Made by a program: the position numbers and the translations under genes
Shown: piece by piece, positions 47,120-56,292 of the stretch
Layout of the letters: each line of letters begins with the position of its first letter
Numbering within the stretch: the first letter of the stretch is position 1
Notes under the pieces: generated by a model
Told to the model about the DNA's origin: nothing
Databases searched by the model: none
What the model saw: the letters and a program-made list of their open reading frames with translations, nothing else
Source of the DNA: Burkholderiales bacterium
Lineage (GTDB): Bacteria > Pseudomonadota > Gammaproteobacteria > Burkholderiales > SG8-39
DNA: 64,000 nt
Assembly: GCA_036526195.1 (NCBI GenBank)
Contig: DATCYZ010000029.1
Span: 5,057 to 69,056, forward strand
Direction of reading: 5' to 3'

Positions 47120-48640
47120 TCAATCGTCGCCGGTTTCGCGGATCATCTCGCGAAAACGCGCGATCTCGTAATCCTCGCCGCGTTCCACGATGCCCTGCGG
47201 CATGTAGACCGAGTGCCGGCCTTCGTGCTGCGCCTCGATGTTCTGCCCGGGCACGAACACCGCGGGACGCAGCAGCAGCCGCGCCTCCGGGCTGGTGGCA
47301 TCCGCGCTCGAGAGCACGATGCCCTGTTCGCCGTCGACGCCGGCAATCGAGAAACCCGTGGCGCGGGCCGCGCGCGACAGCGACTGGATGCCGACGCGCG
47401 CCTGGGTGCCCGAGCTCTTCGACACCCGCCGCACGATGCCCACCACCCAGTTCTTGCCGCCCTCGGGTTGCACCGCGACCAGCGCGCCCACGCGCAGCCA
47501 GTCGCCCTTCAGTTGCGGCACCATGGCGCCGAAACCCCCGGCGCTCACGTTCTCGACCACCCAGCTCTCGGTGTCGTCCTCGCTCGAGACGAACACGCCG
47601 CCGCCGTCATCGAGCGCATGCTGCACGCCTTCCATGCCGTGCGCCACCGACAGGCGCGACTTCACCGCATGGCGCGGCGCGACGCGCGCCGGCGGCGTCG
47701 GCGACCAGTACAGCGCGAGGTGGCGCATCACGTCCAGGGCCCGCTCGGGATCCTCGCCGGTGAGCGCGCTGTCCGAGGGCACCGCGCCGCTCGACTCGAG
47801 CTTCTCGATGGCCGCCGTCAGGTCGCCGAGCGCGCCGCCGGCGCCGAAGCAGCGCAAGCCGGGCGCGGCCTTCGGTGCCTGCGTGGCGCGCGCCGGCACC
47901 ATCGCCACGCCGAGGTCGGTCCAGTAGGCGAGCGCCGGCGCATGGGTCGGGGACATCGCGTAGTGCGCGGAGAGGGAGGCGATCAGCCGCTCGGCAAGGT
48001 CGGCCTCGACCGGCAGCAGGCTGTCGGGCGAACTCGCGCTGAACAACGCGGCGCGCAGGAACTCCTCGCGCGGCGTCGTCTCGCCGCCGCCGGGATACGG
48101 CGCGGTCTTCGTGTCCGCCACCTGCCGCGCCTCGGCAAAGGCGAGCACGTTGTTCAGCATGCCCCAGACCGCGGTGTCGATCGGCCCGTAACGCAAGTGC
48201 ATCCACTTGATCTGCTGCGCCAGCGCGCGCATGGTGCGCACCACCAGCGCGGGCACCTGCGCGCGCAGGGCATCGGCGCCCTTCGACTGCTGCAGCACGC
48301 CATCGATGCAGCGCGCGAAGGCGCGTCCGGCGTGCTGCCAGTAGTCGTGCAGCGCCGTCCACATGCGGTTTTCCTGGAAGCGCGAGGGCCGTTCGGCGGC
48401 GAAGTAATCGCGCGCCAGCTTGCGCACCCGCGCCTGCCCGGCATCGTCCAGCGTGACCAGCAGCGCAAAGCGCTGGTCGACGCGGAACCCCTCGTGCCTC
48501 GAGACCGAATCGAGCCAGTCGGAAGTGCCCTGCAGCGCCTGATAGGCGTCCTGCGTCGCGAGCTCGTCAAGGATGCGCCTGGCCTCCTTGGCGTTCGCCA
48601 TGGGATGGTCGGACTTGCCGCCCCCGAACAACTTCAGCAT
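47120..48640 (-). CDS. PilZ domain-containing protein with a large uncharacterised N-terminal domain
   Basis: Start reassigned to ATG 48640. 506 aa. RVAPR (RxxxR) at residues 319-323 and NVSAGG (D/NxSxxG) at 363-368, followed by a beta-rich C-terminal region. Confidence 0.75.
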   Translation of the reverse strand: MLKLFGGGKSDHPMANAKEARRILDELATQDAYQALQGTSDWLDSVSRHEGFRVDQRFALLVTLDDAGQARVRKLARDYFAAERPSRFQENRMWTALHDYWQHAGRAFARCIDGVLQQSKGADALRAQVPALVVRTMRALAQQIKWMHLRYGPIDTAVWGMLNNVLAFAEARQVADTKTAPYPGGGETTPREEFLRAALFSASSPDSLLPVEADLAERLIASLSAHYAMSPTHAPALAYWTDLGVAMVPARATQAPKAAPGLRCFGAGGALGDLTAAIEKLESSGAVPSDSALTGEDPERALDVMRHLALYWSPTPPARVAPRHAVKSRLSVAHGMEGVQHALDDGGGVFVSSEDDTESWVVENVSAGGFGAMVPQLKGDWLRVGALVAVQPEGGKNWVVGIVRRVSKSSGTQARVGIQSLSRAARATGFSIAGVDGEQGIVLSSADATSPEARLLLRPAVFVPGQNIEAQHEGRHSVYMPQGIVERGEDYEIARFREMIRETGDD

Positions 48641-48777
48641 CGGACTTCCCGCCCCCGAATAAAAATGCGCCGAAGATGCTATCACGCTTGTCCGCCTGTC
48701 TTGCGGACGCGCCCGACGCCGATCGGGGGTGCGGTATTCTGCGTCCTGCACGAACCGAAACGGCCCCCGCCACCCTG

Positions 48778-49596
48778 ATGAACCCCGCACCGGACACCGG
48801 CGAACGCCCTTACCTCGACCTGCTGGCCGAGGTCCTCGAACACGGCGCGGAGAAATCCGACCGCACCGGCACCGGCACGCGCTCGGTTTTCGGCCGGCAG
48901 ATGCGCTTCTCGCTCGAGGACCGCTTTCCGCTCCTGACCACCAAGAAGCTGCACCTCAAGTCGATCGTCTACGAACTGCTGTGGTTCCTGCGCGGCGAGA
49001 CCAACGTGCGCTGGCTGCAGGAACGCGGCGTGTCGATCTGGGACGAGTGGGCCGACGAACAGGGCGAACTCGGGCCGGTCTACGGCTACCAGTGGCGGCA
49101 CTGGCGCACGCCCGACGGCCGCGAGATCGACCAGATCCGCGACGTGGTGGCGGCGATCCGCGCGAAGCCCGATTCACGGCGCCTGCTGGTCTCGGCGTGG
49201 AACCCGGCCGACGTCGATCGCATGGCGCTGCCGCCCTGCCATGCCCTGTTCCAGTTCTACGTCGCCGGCGGGCGGCTGTCCTGCCAGATGTACCAGCGAA
49301 GCGCGGATCTCTTCCTCGGCGTGCCGTTCAACATCGCCTCCTACGCGCTGCTCACCCTGATGGTGGCGCAGGTCACCGGGCACCGGCCGGGCGAGTTCGT
49401 GCTGACGCTGGGCGACGCGCACCTGTACCTGAACCACTTCGAGCAGGCGAAGACGCAGCTCGCGCGCGCGCCGCGCGCGTTCCCGCGCATGAGGCTGAAC
49501 CCGGCGGTGACGGACGTGTTCGCGTTCCAGTACGAGGACTTCACGCTCGAAGGCTACGACCCGCACCCGGGCATCAAGGCGCCGATCGCGGTGTGA
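48778..49596 (+). CDS. thyA: thymidylate synthase
   Basis: Start reassigned to ATG 48778. 272 aa. [12 protein letters not shown], the catalytic-Cys region [13 protein letters not shown] and [20 protein letters not shown]. Confidence 0.97.
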   Translation: MNPAPDTGERPYLDLLAEVLEHGAEKSDRTGTGTRSVFGRQMRFSLEDRFPLLTTKKLHLKSIVYELLWFLRGETNVRWLQERGVSIWDEWADEQGELGPVYGYQWRHWRTPDGREIDQIRDVVAAIRAKPDSRRLLVSAWNPADVDRMALPPCHALFQFYVAGGRLSCQMYQRSADLFLGVPFNIASYALLTLMVAQVTGHRPGEFVLTLGDAHLYLNHFEQAKTQLARAPRAFPRMRLNPAVTDVFAFQYEDFTLEGYDPHPGIKAPIAV

Positions 49597-49644
49597 GCGT
49601 CTAGAATCACGCTTTCGTTTCTGATTTCGTGAGATTGCGTCTGT

Positions 49645-49670
49645 CATGAGCATCCGCATCGGCATCGTCG
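49645..49670 (+). repeat. 26-bp direct repeat, copy 1 (duplicate of the argC start region, CATGAGCATCCGCATCGGCATCGTCG)
   Basis: Identical to 49737-49762 when read directly. Confidence 0.95.
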
Positions 49671-49741
49671 CAGGGCTTGAAAGGGGGGCGTGCCGCCCCC
49701 CTTCAGATCCCCCCGTTGCTTCGGCAAAGGACAGCGCATGA
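49646..49741 (+). other. 31-codon upstream ORF created by the duplication; its TGA overlaps the argC ATG (ATGA)
   Basis: Translated by hand as MSIRIGIVAGLERGACRPPSDPPVASAKDSA-stop. The first 8 codons are identical to argC. Whether it is translated is unknown. Confidence 0.3.
49673..49706. repeat. degenerate copy of the REP-like hairpin element (GGGCTTGAAAGGGGGG CGTGCCG CCCCCCTTCAG)
   Basis: Shares GGGCTTGAAAGGGGGGCG with the perfect hairpin at 50749-50786. The right arm is truncated. Confidence 0.8.
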
Positions 49742-49762
49742 GCATCCGCATCGGCATCGTCG
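49737..49762 (+). repeat. 26-bp direct repeat, copy 2 (the functional argC start)
   Basis: Identical to 49645-49670. Confidence 0.95.
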
Positions 49763-50736
49763 GGGTGAGCGGCTACGGCGGCGGCGAGTTGCTGCGCCTG
49801 GTGGGCGGGCATCCGTCGTTCGAACTTGCCTGGGTCGGTGGCGAATCGTCCGCCGGCGAGCGGCTCGCAGCGCGCTTTCCGGCGCTCGCCGGGCGGCGCG
49901 AGGGCGCGCTGGTGATCGAGCGCTTCGAGCCGGCGAAGTTGAAGGGCATCGACCTGCTGTTCGCCTCGCTGCCCACCGGCAAGTCGAAGGCGCCGCTGGC
50001 GAACGTGGCCGATTCGATCCGCATCGTCGACGTCGGCGGCGACCACCGCTTCGTCGAGGGCTGGACCTACGGCCTCACCGAACTGCCGGGCCAGCGCGAG
50101 AAAATCAAGGCTACCCGCCGCCTCGCGAACCCCGGCTGCTACCCGGCCGCGACGCTGCTCGCGCTCGCGCCGCTGGTGGCCGCGGGCCTGGTCGAGCCCC
50201 AGGGGCTGGTGTCGGACGCGAAGAGCGGCGTCACGGGCGCCGGCCGCGGCGGCGCGAGCGATTTCGGTTACGCCGACACCAACGAGGACCTGTTCGCCTA
50301 CGGGCTTGCCGCGCACCCGCACGTGCCGGAGATCCGCACCGCGCTCTCGCAGCTTGCCGGCGCGCCGGCGACTATCGCCTTCACCCCGCACCTGGTACCG
50401 ATGTCGCGCGGCATTCTCGCCACCTGCTACGCGCGCCCGCGCGGCGCGGTGACGATCGAGAAGGTTTACGAGGCGGCGAACGCGTTCTACCGCGACGAGC
50501 CCTTCGTGCGCGTGGTCGCGGCCGAGCGCGGCCGCAGCCCGCATACCGGCTGGGCCACCGGCTCGAACCTCGCGTTCCTGTCCTACGCCATCAATGCCGA
50601 GACCGGGCTGGTGGTCGCGCTCGGCGCGATCGACAACCTCGGCAAGGGCGCGAGCGGGCAGGCGCTGCAAAACGCCAACCTGATGACCGGCCAGCCCGAG
50701 ACCGCCGGCCTGGACGCGCTGCCGGTCTGGCCTTGA
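49738..50736 (+). CDS. argC: N-acetyl-gamma-glutamyl-phosphate reductase
   Basis: Start reassigned to ATG 49738 (AAGGA RBS). 332 aa. IGIVGVSGYGGGELLRL, the catalytic-Cys motif LANPGCYPAA and DNLGKGASGQALQNANLM. Confidence 0.93.
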   Translation: MSIRIGIVGVSGYGGGELLRLVGGHPSFELAWVGGESSAGERLAARFPALAGRREGALVIERFEPAKLKGIDLLFASLPTGKSKAPLANVADSIRIVDVGGDHRFVEGWTYGLTELPGQREKIKATRRLANPGCYPAATLLALAPLVAAGLVEPQGLVSDAKSGVTGAGRGGASDFGYADTNEDLFAYGLAAHPHVPEIRTALSQLAGAPATIAFTPHLVPMSRGILATCYARPRGAVTIEKVYEAANAFYRDEPFVRVVAAERGRSPHTGWATGSNLAFLSYAINAETGLVVALGAIDNLGKGASGQALQNANLMTGQPETAGLDALPVWP

Positions 50737-50748
50737 GTGAAAGGGGGT

Positions 50749-50786
50749 GGGCTTGAAAGGGGGGCGGGCAGCCCCCTTTCAAGCCC
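50749..50786. repeat. REP-like perfect hairpin (15-bp stem GGGCTTGAAAGGGGG / CCCCCTTTCAAGCCC)
   Basis: Read directly. Starts 13 nt after the argC stop. TGAAAGGGGG is also duplicated just upstream at 50738-50747. Confidence 0.9.
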
Positions 50787-50797
50787 TGCGCGCGCAC

Positions 50798-50842
50798 CAA
50801 AAAACAGGGCCCGCCACTTTTTCGGGGGCACAGGCGGGCCCT
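50798..50842 (-). terminator. rho-independent terminator of the minus-strand membrane-protein gene
   Basis: 10-bp stem AGGGCCCGCC / GGCGGGCCCT, followed on the minus strand by GTTTTTT. Confidence 0.7.
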
Positions 50843-50902
50843 TGGGGGAGAAGCTGAAACAGTTGGCTAGTCGATAGGCTCTCCTTGTTGCGGTGAATGC
50901 GA

Positions 50903-51238
50903 TCAGAGCGCGCCGCGCGTCCAGTACTGCGCGAGATAGACGAAGCCGGCGAAGGCGAACAGGTAGACGACCGCACTCCCGGCACGCTGGCGCGTGCGGG
51001 TGATCTCCACGCCCCGGCTGAGCCAGACCACGAGCACGAAGCCGAGGACCACCAGCACTGCGGCAACGCCCGCCGAGAAGCCGCGCCCGAAGGCTTGCGC
51101 GATCCAGCCATCGGGCGAGAGCAGCTTGTAGATCGTGCCGCTCATGCCGGCGAGGACGAGGACAAGCAGGACGAAACCAACGCAGGCCTGCAGGCCTTCG
51201 CTGATCTCCTGGCGCGAATTTTCGGTCTTCATGCCCAT
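50903..51238 (-). CDS. small integral membrane protein (111 aa, three predicted helices)
   Basis: Three hydrophobic stretches (VGFVLLVLVLAGM, AGVAAVLVVLGFVLVVWL, AVVYLFAFAGFVYLA). The terminator lies downstream. No family recognised. Confidence 0.6.
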   Translation of the reverse strand: MGMKTENSRQEISEGLQACVGFVLLVLVLAGMSGTIYKLLSPDGWIAQAFGRGFSAGVAAVLVVLGFVLVVWLSRGVEITRTRQRAGSAVVYLFAFAGFVYLAQYWTRGAL

Positions 51239-51445
51239 TGACTCGCAAGGGGCGTGCCAGCATCGCGCAATCAGCGCCGCATCAATCGCTTGCGCCGATC
51301 GCGTGACTTAGTGCCATGGCCGGATTTGACGATTTCCGTCTGCCTGCAGCGACGACGCAGTTCACATTCTCTCAAACTCCCTGATTCTCCTGGCTATTTC
51401 CTGTCGGTGCGCGGCGACAGCGCGGCGCACGCTACCATCGCGTGC

Positions 51446-52468
51446 ATGAAACTCTCCGTCCTCGACCAATCCCCGATCATCAGCGGCCTCGGCGCGCGGC
51501 GCGCGATCGAGGAAACCCTCGGCCTCGCGCGCGCCGTCGATGCGCTCGGCTACACGCGCTACTGGCTCGCCGAACACCACGCCATCGGCGCGCTCGGCGA
51601 CCCCTGCCCGGAGATCCTGCTCGCGCGCCTCGGCGCGGAAACGAAGCGCCTGCGGGTCGGCACCGGCGGCGTGCTGCTGCCCTACTACGCCGCCTTCAAG
51701 GTCGCCGAGACCTTCCGCATGCTGGAGGCGCTCTACCCGGGGCGCGTCGACCTCGGCATCGGCCGCGCGCCCGGCGGCGACCAGCGCACCGCGCAGGCCG
51801 TCGGCGGCGGACGTATTCCCGATGCGCGCGACTTTCCCGAGCAGGTCTGGCAGATCCTCGGTCACCTCGACGGCACCCTGCCCGCCGACCACCCTTGGGC
51901 GAAGCTGCGCGTGCAGCCCGAGGTCGACACCGCGCCGCAGCTCTGGCTGCTCGGCTCTTCGGACTACAGCGGCGCGCTCGCCGCGCAGCTCGGCGTGCGC
52001 TTCGCCTTCGCCCACTTCATCAATCCGCAGGGCGGCGACGGCGTGACGCGCGCCTACCGCGACACGTTCGAGGCCCGCAACGCGAAGACCGTCGGCCCGG
52101 TGCCGCGCGACGCCGCGCCCGACGCCATCGTCTGCACCTTCGCCATCTGCGCCGAGACCGATGCCGAGGCCGAACGGCTGGCGCAGTCCATCGACCTGCG
52201 GCGCCTGCACATGGCGCTCAACCTCGACACCCCGGTGCCGACCCTCGAGGAAGCCGAGCAGCACCGCTACTCGGAGGAGGAACGGCGCTACGTCATGGGC
52301 CAGCGCCCGCGCGCGGTGATCGGCTCGCCCGCCACCTGCCGGCAGGCCTTCGAAACCATGGCCGAACGCTACGGGGTGGACGAGGTGATGGTGCTCACCA
52401 TCACCGGCGATTACCCCTCGCGGCTGCGTTCCTACGAACTGCTGGCGGCGGAATTCGGGCTCGCCTGA
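51446..52468 (+). CDS. LLM-class flavin-dependent oxidoreductase (luciferase-like monooxygenase family)
   Basis: Start reassigned to ATG 51446. 340 aa. MKLSVLDQSPI, YTRYWLAEHH and GRVDLGIGRAPGGD are typical of the YhbW-like LLM subgroup. Confidence 0.85.
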   Translation: MKLSVLDQSPIISGLGARRAIEETLGLARAVDALGYTRYWLAEHHAIGALGDPCPEILLARLGAETKRLRVGTGGVLLPYYAAFKVAETFRMLEALYPGRVDLGIGRAPGGDQRTAQAVGGGRIPDARDFPEQVWQILGHLDGTLPADHPWAKLRVQPEVDTAPQLWLLGSSDYSGALAAQLGVRFAFAHFINPQGGDGVTRAYRDTFEARNAKTVGPVPRDAAPDAIVCTFAICAETDAEAERLAQSIDLRRLHMALNLDTPVPTLEEAEQHRYSEEERRYVMGQRPRAVIGSPATCRQAFETMAERYGVDEVMVLTITGDYPSRLRSYELLAAEFGLA

Positions 52469-52496
52469 GGCAGCCGGACGCCGCTTCCGGCCTCAA

Positions 52497-52516
52497 AGTA
52501 ACATATATGTTACTAT
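52497..52516. repeat. second copy of the AT-rich 20-mer AGTAACATATATGTTACTAT
   Basis: Identical to 2059-2078. It abuts the stop codon of the ankyrin gene, and a CCGGA..TCCGG hairpin (52474-52490) containing CCGGACGCC lies just upstream. Confidence 0.95.
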
Positions 52517-53335
52517 TTAGGGCGCCCGTGTAACCCCTTTGGCGCGGTACTGGGGGTGCGCGGGGTCGTCGATCTCGATCGTGCCGAAGTTCGTGCCGCC
52601 CTGCGGCGCCGGCGCCCCGGGCGCGGGCTTGCCGGCCGCGGGCTTCGCGGAAGGCGCTGTCGCCGCGCGCTCGCGCCCCGCGAGCCAGGCCGCAAGCGCG
52701 TCGTGGCCGGCGGCATGCGCGATCTCCGCCGGTCGCGCGCCGTCGCGGTTGCGCGCCTCCTTCTGCGCGCCATTGGCCACCAGCCAGCGCGCGATCGCCT
52801 CGTAGCCGCCGTCGGCCGCCGCGTGCAGCGGCGTGTTGCCCTTCAGGTCCGCCACGTTCAGCCCCGCGCCCGCGGAGGCCAGCACGAAGGCGGTGCGCCC
52901 GTGGCCGGAAAGCACCGCCCAGAAGAGCACGGTTTCCCCGGCGTCGTTTCGCACCGTGGCGTCCGCCCCGGCCGCGAGCAGCATCTCCGCGAGCGCCGGA
53001 TCGGCATGCAGGGCGGCGAGGTGCAGCGGCGTCTCGCCGCTCGCCGAGCGCGCGCGCAGATTCGCGCCGGCCTCGATCAGCAGCTTCGCGAGCGGCAGCA
53101 TGCCCTTCTCGACCGCGCGATGCAGCGGCGTTTCACGCTCGGCGTTGCGCGCATTGACGTCGACCTTGCGTCGCGTCACCAGGCCCTCGGCCACCAGCGG
53201 CTTGCTCTCGTCGATGGCGGCGAACAGCTGCGCCTCGGGCGAGTCCGGCGCAGGCCCGACCGGCGCCTGCGCAAGCGCCGCCCCGGCGAACGCCAGCAGC
53301 CCGGCGAGCAGCGCGGTGCGCAGCGCGTTCTTCAT
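52517..53335 (-). CDS. secreted ankyrin-repeat protein
   Basis: Start reassigned to ATG 53335 (ATGA overlap with the upstream stop). Signal peptide MKNALRTALLAGLLAFAGAALAQA. At least four ankyrin repeats (ETPLHRAVEKG, ETPLHLAALH, NTPLHAAADGG). Pro/Ala-rich C-terminal tail. Confidence 0.85.
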   Translation of the reverse strand: MKNALRTALLAGLLAFAGAALAQAPVGPAPDSPEAQLFAAIDESKPLVAEGLVTRRKVDVNARNAERETPLHRAVEKGMLPLAKLLIEAGANLRARSASGETPLHLAALHADPALAEMLLAAGADATVRNDAGETVLFWAVLSGHGRTAFVLASAGAGLNVADLKGNTPLHAAADGGYEAIARWLVANGAQKEARNRDGARPAEIAHAAGHDALAAWLAGRERAATAPSAKPAAGKPAPGAPAPQGGTNFGTIEIDDPAHPQYRAKGVTRAP

Positions 53336-56292
53336 CGCGCCGCCCGCACCAGGTCGGCGAGCAGTTCGGCGAGCGGCCGCGCCGCGCGCGCGCCGAGGCC
53401 TTCGATCTGCTCGCGGCAGGAGAAGCCGTCGGCGATCACCTGCGTGCCCGCGTCGGCGGCGGCGAGCGCGGGCAGCAGCGCCGATTCGGCGATGCGCTTC
53501 GAATGCGCGAAGGTTTCGGGACGCATGCCGTAGGACCCGGCCATGCCGCAACAGCCGGTGTCCGGCATCGACACCTCGAGCCCGCAGCCGCCGAGCAGCG
53601 CCGCTTCCGCCTTCTGGCCGATGAGCGCCTTCTGGTGGCAATGCCCGTGCAGCAGCACGCGGCCCGCCGCGGCCGGCGGTGTCCAGCCGCGCCGCACCAG
53701 CACATCCGCCAGCGTGGTGGCCTGCGCGGCGAGGCGCTTCGCGCGCACATCGTCCGGAAAGAGCTGGAGCAACTCGTCCTTGAAGACCGACAGGCAGCCC
53801 GGCTCGAGCACCACCACCGGCACGCCGGACTCGAGCTGCGGCCCGAGCACCTCGAGCACGCGCGCGAGCGTCGCCTTCGCGCGATCGAGCAGGCCGAAGT
53901 CGTAGTAGGGCCGCCCGCAGCACAGGCGCGCGCCGGGCAGGTCGACGCGCAGGCCCGCGGCTTCCAGCACTTCGGCCGCGGCGAGCCCGTTGGCGGGCCT
54001 GAAGTGCTCGGTGAAGGTGTCGGCAAAGAGCAGCACCGGGTCGCCTGCGCGCGCGCCATCCTTGCGCCCGGGCGCGCGGCGTTCGCGATTGCGGGCGTCG
54101 AAGGCGCGGCTGAAGGTCCTCGCGGCGAAGCGCGGCAGGCGGCGCGCCGGGTGCGCCCCCGCGGCGCGCGCGGCCAGGCCCGCGAGGCCCGGCGTCTGCG
54201 TGAGGAAGTTCGCCAGCCAGGGCAGGCGCGCGGCGAGCGGCGCCCACTCGCCGATGCGCCCCATGCTGTGCGCCTGCCGCGGTCGCACCTTGCCCTCGTA
54301 ATGGTGCGACATGAACTCCGCCTTGTACGCCGCCATGTCGGTGTGCGTCGGGCAGTCGCTGCGGCAGCCCTTGCAGGCAAGGCAGCCCTCGAGCGCATCC
54401 CGCACGTCCTCGCTCGCCCAGCCTTCGGTGATCACCTCGCCGCGCAACATCTCCTGCAGCAATCGTGAGCGACCGCGCGTGGAATGACGCTCCTCGCCGG
54501 TGGCGCGATAGCTCGGGCACATGGTGCCGCCGGCGGCGGCGCGGCACTTGCCCATGCCGATGCAGTGCTCGGTCGCGCGCGTGAAGCCTTCGCCCACCGG
54601 GCTCCTGAAGGCAAAGCGGGTGGCGAGCGTCACCGGCCTGTAGTCCGGGCCGAGGCGCAGGTTCTCGTCCGCCCGCAGCACCGGCCCTTCGGCGTTCACC
54701 AGCTTGCCCGGGTTCATGCGGTTGCCCGGATCCCAGATGCGCTTGAACTCGCGAAACGCTTCCATCAGTTCCTCGCCATACATCGCCGGCAGGAACTCCG
54801 CCTTGGCCTGCCCGTCGCCGTGCTCGCCCGAGAGCGAGCCGCCGTACTTCACCACCAGCGCCGCGGCCTCACCGAGGAAGCGCCGCCAGTGCGCCACGCC
54901 CTCGGGGGAGCGCAACTCGAAGGTGATGCGCGCGTGGATGCAGCCTTCGCCGAAGTGGCCGTAGAGCGAGGTCTTGTAGCCGTAGCGGTCGATCAGGCGC
55001 TGGAACTCGCGCAGGTAGTCGCCAAGGCGCAGCGGGTCGACCGCCGCGTCCTCCCAGCCCACCACCGGGTCGGGCCCGCGCGCGCCCTTGCCCGCATCGA
55101 GTGCGAGCGCGGTGGCCGAGGCGCCGGTCTCGCGAATCGTCCAGACCCGCGCCACCATGGCGCGGTCCTCGATCAGCCAGGCCGAGATGTCCTCGCGCCC
55201 GGCAAAGGCCGCTTCCAGCGCGCGCGCCTGCGCCACGGCGTCCGCGCGCGTGTCGGCGCCGAACTCGCACATCAGCCAGGCCTCGCCCTTCGGCAGGAGC
55301 GCGATGTCCTCGAGCTTCAACCGGCGCTCGCGCAGGCCGCCGATGATGCGGTTGTCCAGCCCCTCGCAGGCGATCGGCCCGGCCTTGATCACCTCCGGCA
55401 CCACGTCGCCGGCGCAATAGATGTCGGGGAAGCCGAGCACCAGCAGCACGCGCTCCGGCGGGCTCTCCACCAGCGCGGTCTCGGCCTCGAGCGTGAGCGC
55501 GCAGGTGCCTTCGGAGCCGACCAGCGCGCGCGCCACGTTGAAGCCGTTCTCGGGCAGCAACTGGTCGAGGTTGTAGCCCGAGACGCGCCGGCGAATGTTC
55601 GGGAATCTTGCGCGGATCAGGTCCGCGTAGCGGTACGCGAGCGCCTTCAGCCGCGTGTAGATCTCCGCCTGCCGGCCGCCGCCGGCGACGATGCGTGCGA
55701 ACGCCTCGTCCGAGGTCGGGCCGCACCAGAAGCGCGCGCCGTCATAGGTCAGCACTTCCAGCCGCGCGATGTTCTCCACCGTCTTGCCCGCCATCACCGA
55801 GTGCGGGCCGCAGGAATTGTTGCCGATCATGCCGCCAAGCGTGCAGCGCGAGTGCGTCGCCGGGTCGGGGGCAAAGGTGAGCCCGTGCTCCTCGGCCGCG
55901 CCGCGTAGCGCGTCGCAGACCGCGCCGGGTTCGACGCGCGCGCGCCGCGCCGCCGGATCGACCCCGAGCACCCGGTTCAGGTACTTCGAGCAATCGACGA
56001 CCACCGCGACGTTCACGCTCTGGCCGTTCTGAGCGGTGCCGCCGCCGCGCGCCAGCACCGGCGCGCCGTGCGCGCGGCACAATTCGAGGGTCTTCTCCAC
56101 GTCGGCGATCGTGCGCGGCAGCACCACGCCGATCGGCACCTGCCGGTAGTTGGAGGCGTCGGCCGCATAGGCAGCGCGGCTGCCCGGCTCGAAGCGCACC
56201 TCGCCCTCGAGCGATTCGCGCAACGCGCGCTCGAGCGCGGCGTGCGGGGCGGATTGCGTCGGGACGGCCTGGTCGTGCGTGGTGCGGGTCAA
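53332..56292 (-). CDS. FAD-binding and (Fe-S)-binding oxidoreductase, GlcD-GlcF-type fusion (YdiJ / Fe-S D-2-hydroxyacid dehydrogenase-like)
   Basis: 986 aa. The only in-frame start candidate at the 5' end is a TTG that overlaps the upstream stop (TTGA). Has an N-terminal FAD PCMH domain (ARGGGTAQNGQ), a central CxxCxxCxxxCP ferredoxin motif (CLACKGCRSDCP) and C-terminal CCG-type Cys motifs. Confidence 0.85.
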   Translation of the reverse strand: MTRTTHDQAVPTQSAPHAALERALRESLEGEVRFEPGSRAAYAADASNYRQVPIGVVLPRTIADVEKTLELCRAHGAPVLARGGGTAQNGQSVNVAVVVDCSKYLNRVLGVDPAARRARVEPGAVCDALRGAAEEHGLTFAPDPATHSRCTLGGMIGNNSCGPHSVMAGKTVENIARLEVLTYDGARFWCGPTSDEAFARIVAGGGRQAEIYTRLKALAYRYADLIRARFPNIRRRVSGYNLDQLLPENGFNVARALVGSEGTCALTLEAETALVESPPERVLLVLGFPDIYCAGDVVPEVIKAGPIACEGLDNRIIGGLRERRLKLEDIALLPKGEAWLMCEFGADTRADAVAQARALEAAFAGREDISAWLIEDRAMVARVWTIRETGASATALALDAGKGARGPDPVVGWEDAAVDPLRLGDYLREFQRLIDRYGYKTSLYGHFGEGCIHARITFELRSPEGVAHWRRFLGEAAALVVKYGGSLSGEHGDGQAKAEFLPAMYGEELMEAFREFKRIWDPGNRMNPGKLVNAEGPVLRADENLRLGPDYRPVTLATRFAFRSPVGEGFTRATEHCIGMGKCRAAAGGTMCPSYRATGEERHSTRGRSRLLQEMLRGEVITEGWASEDVRDALEGCLACKGCRSDCPTHTDMAAYKAEFMSHHYEGKVRPRQAHSMGRIGEWAPLAARLPWLANFLTQTPGLAGLAARAAGAHPARRLPRFAARTFSRAFDARNRERRAPGRKDGARAGDPVLLFADTFTEHFRPANGLAAAEVLEAAGLRVDLPGARLCCGRPYYDFGLLDRAKATLARVLEVLGPQLESGVPVVVLEPGCLSVFKDELLQLFPDDVRAKRLAAQATTLADVLVRRGWTPPAAAGRVLLHGHCHQKALIGQKAEAALLGGCGLEVSMPDTGCCGMAGSYGMRPETFAHSKRIAESALLPALAAADAGTQVIADGFSCREQIEGLGARAARPLAELLADLVRAAR

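Noticed and set aside
2059-52516. The two identical 20-mers as attL/attR of a 50-kb integrated element
   Set aside because: The interval contains core genes (gcvHPT, thyA, argC, pmbA, mogA). It has no integrase, transposase or tRNA, and no obvious compositional break.
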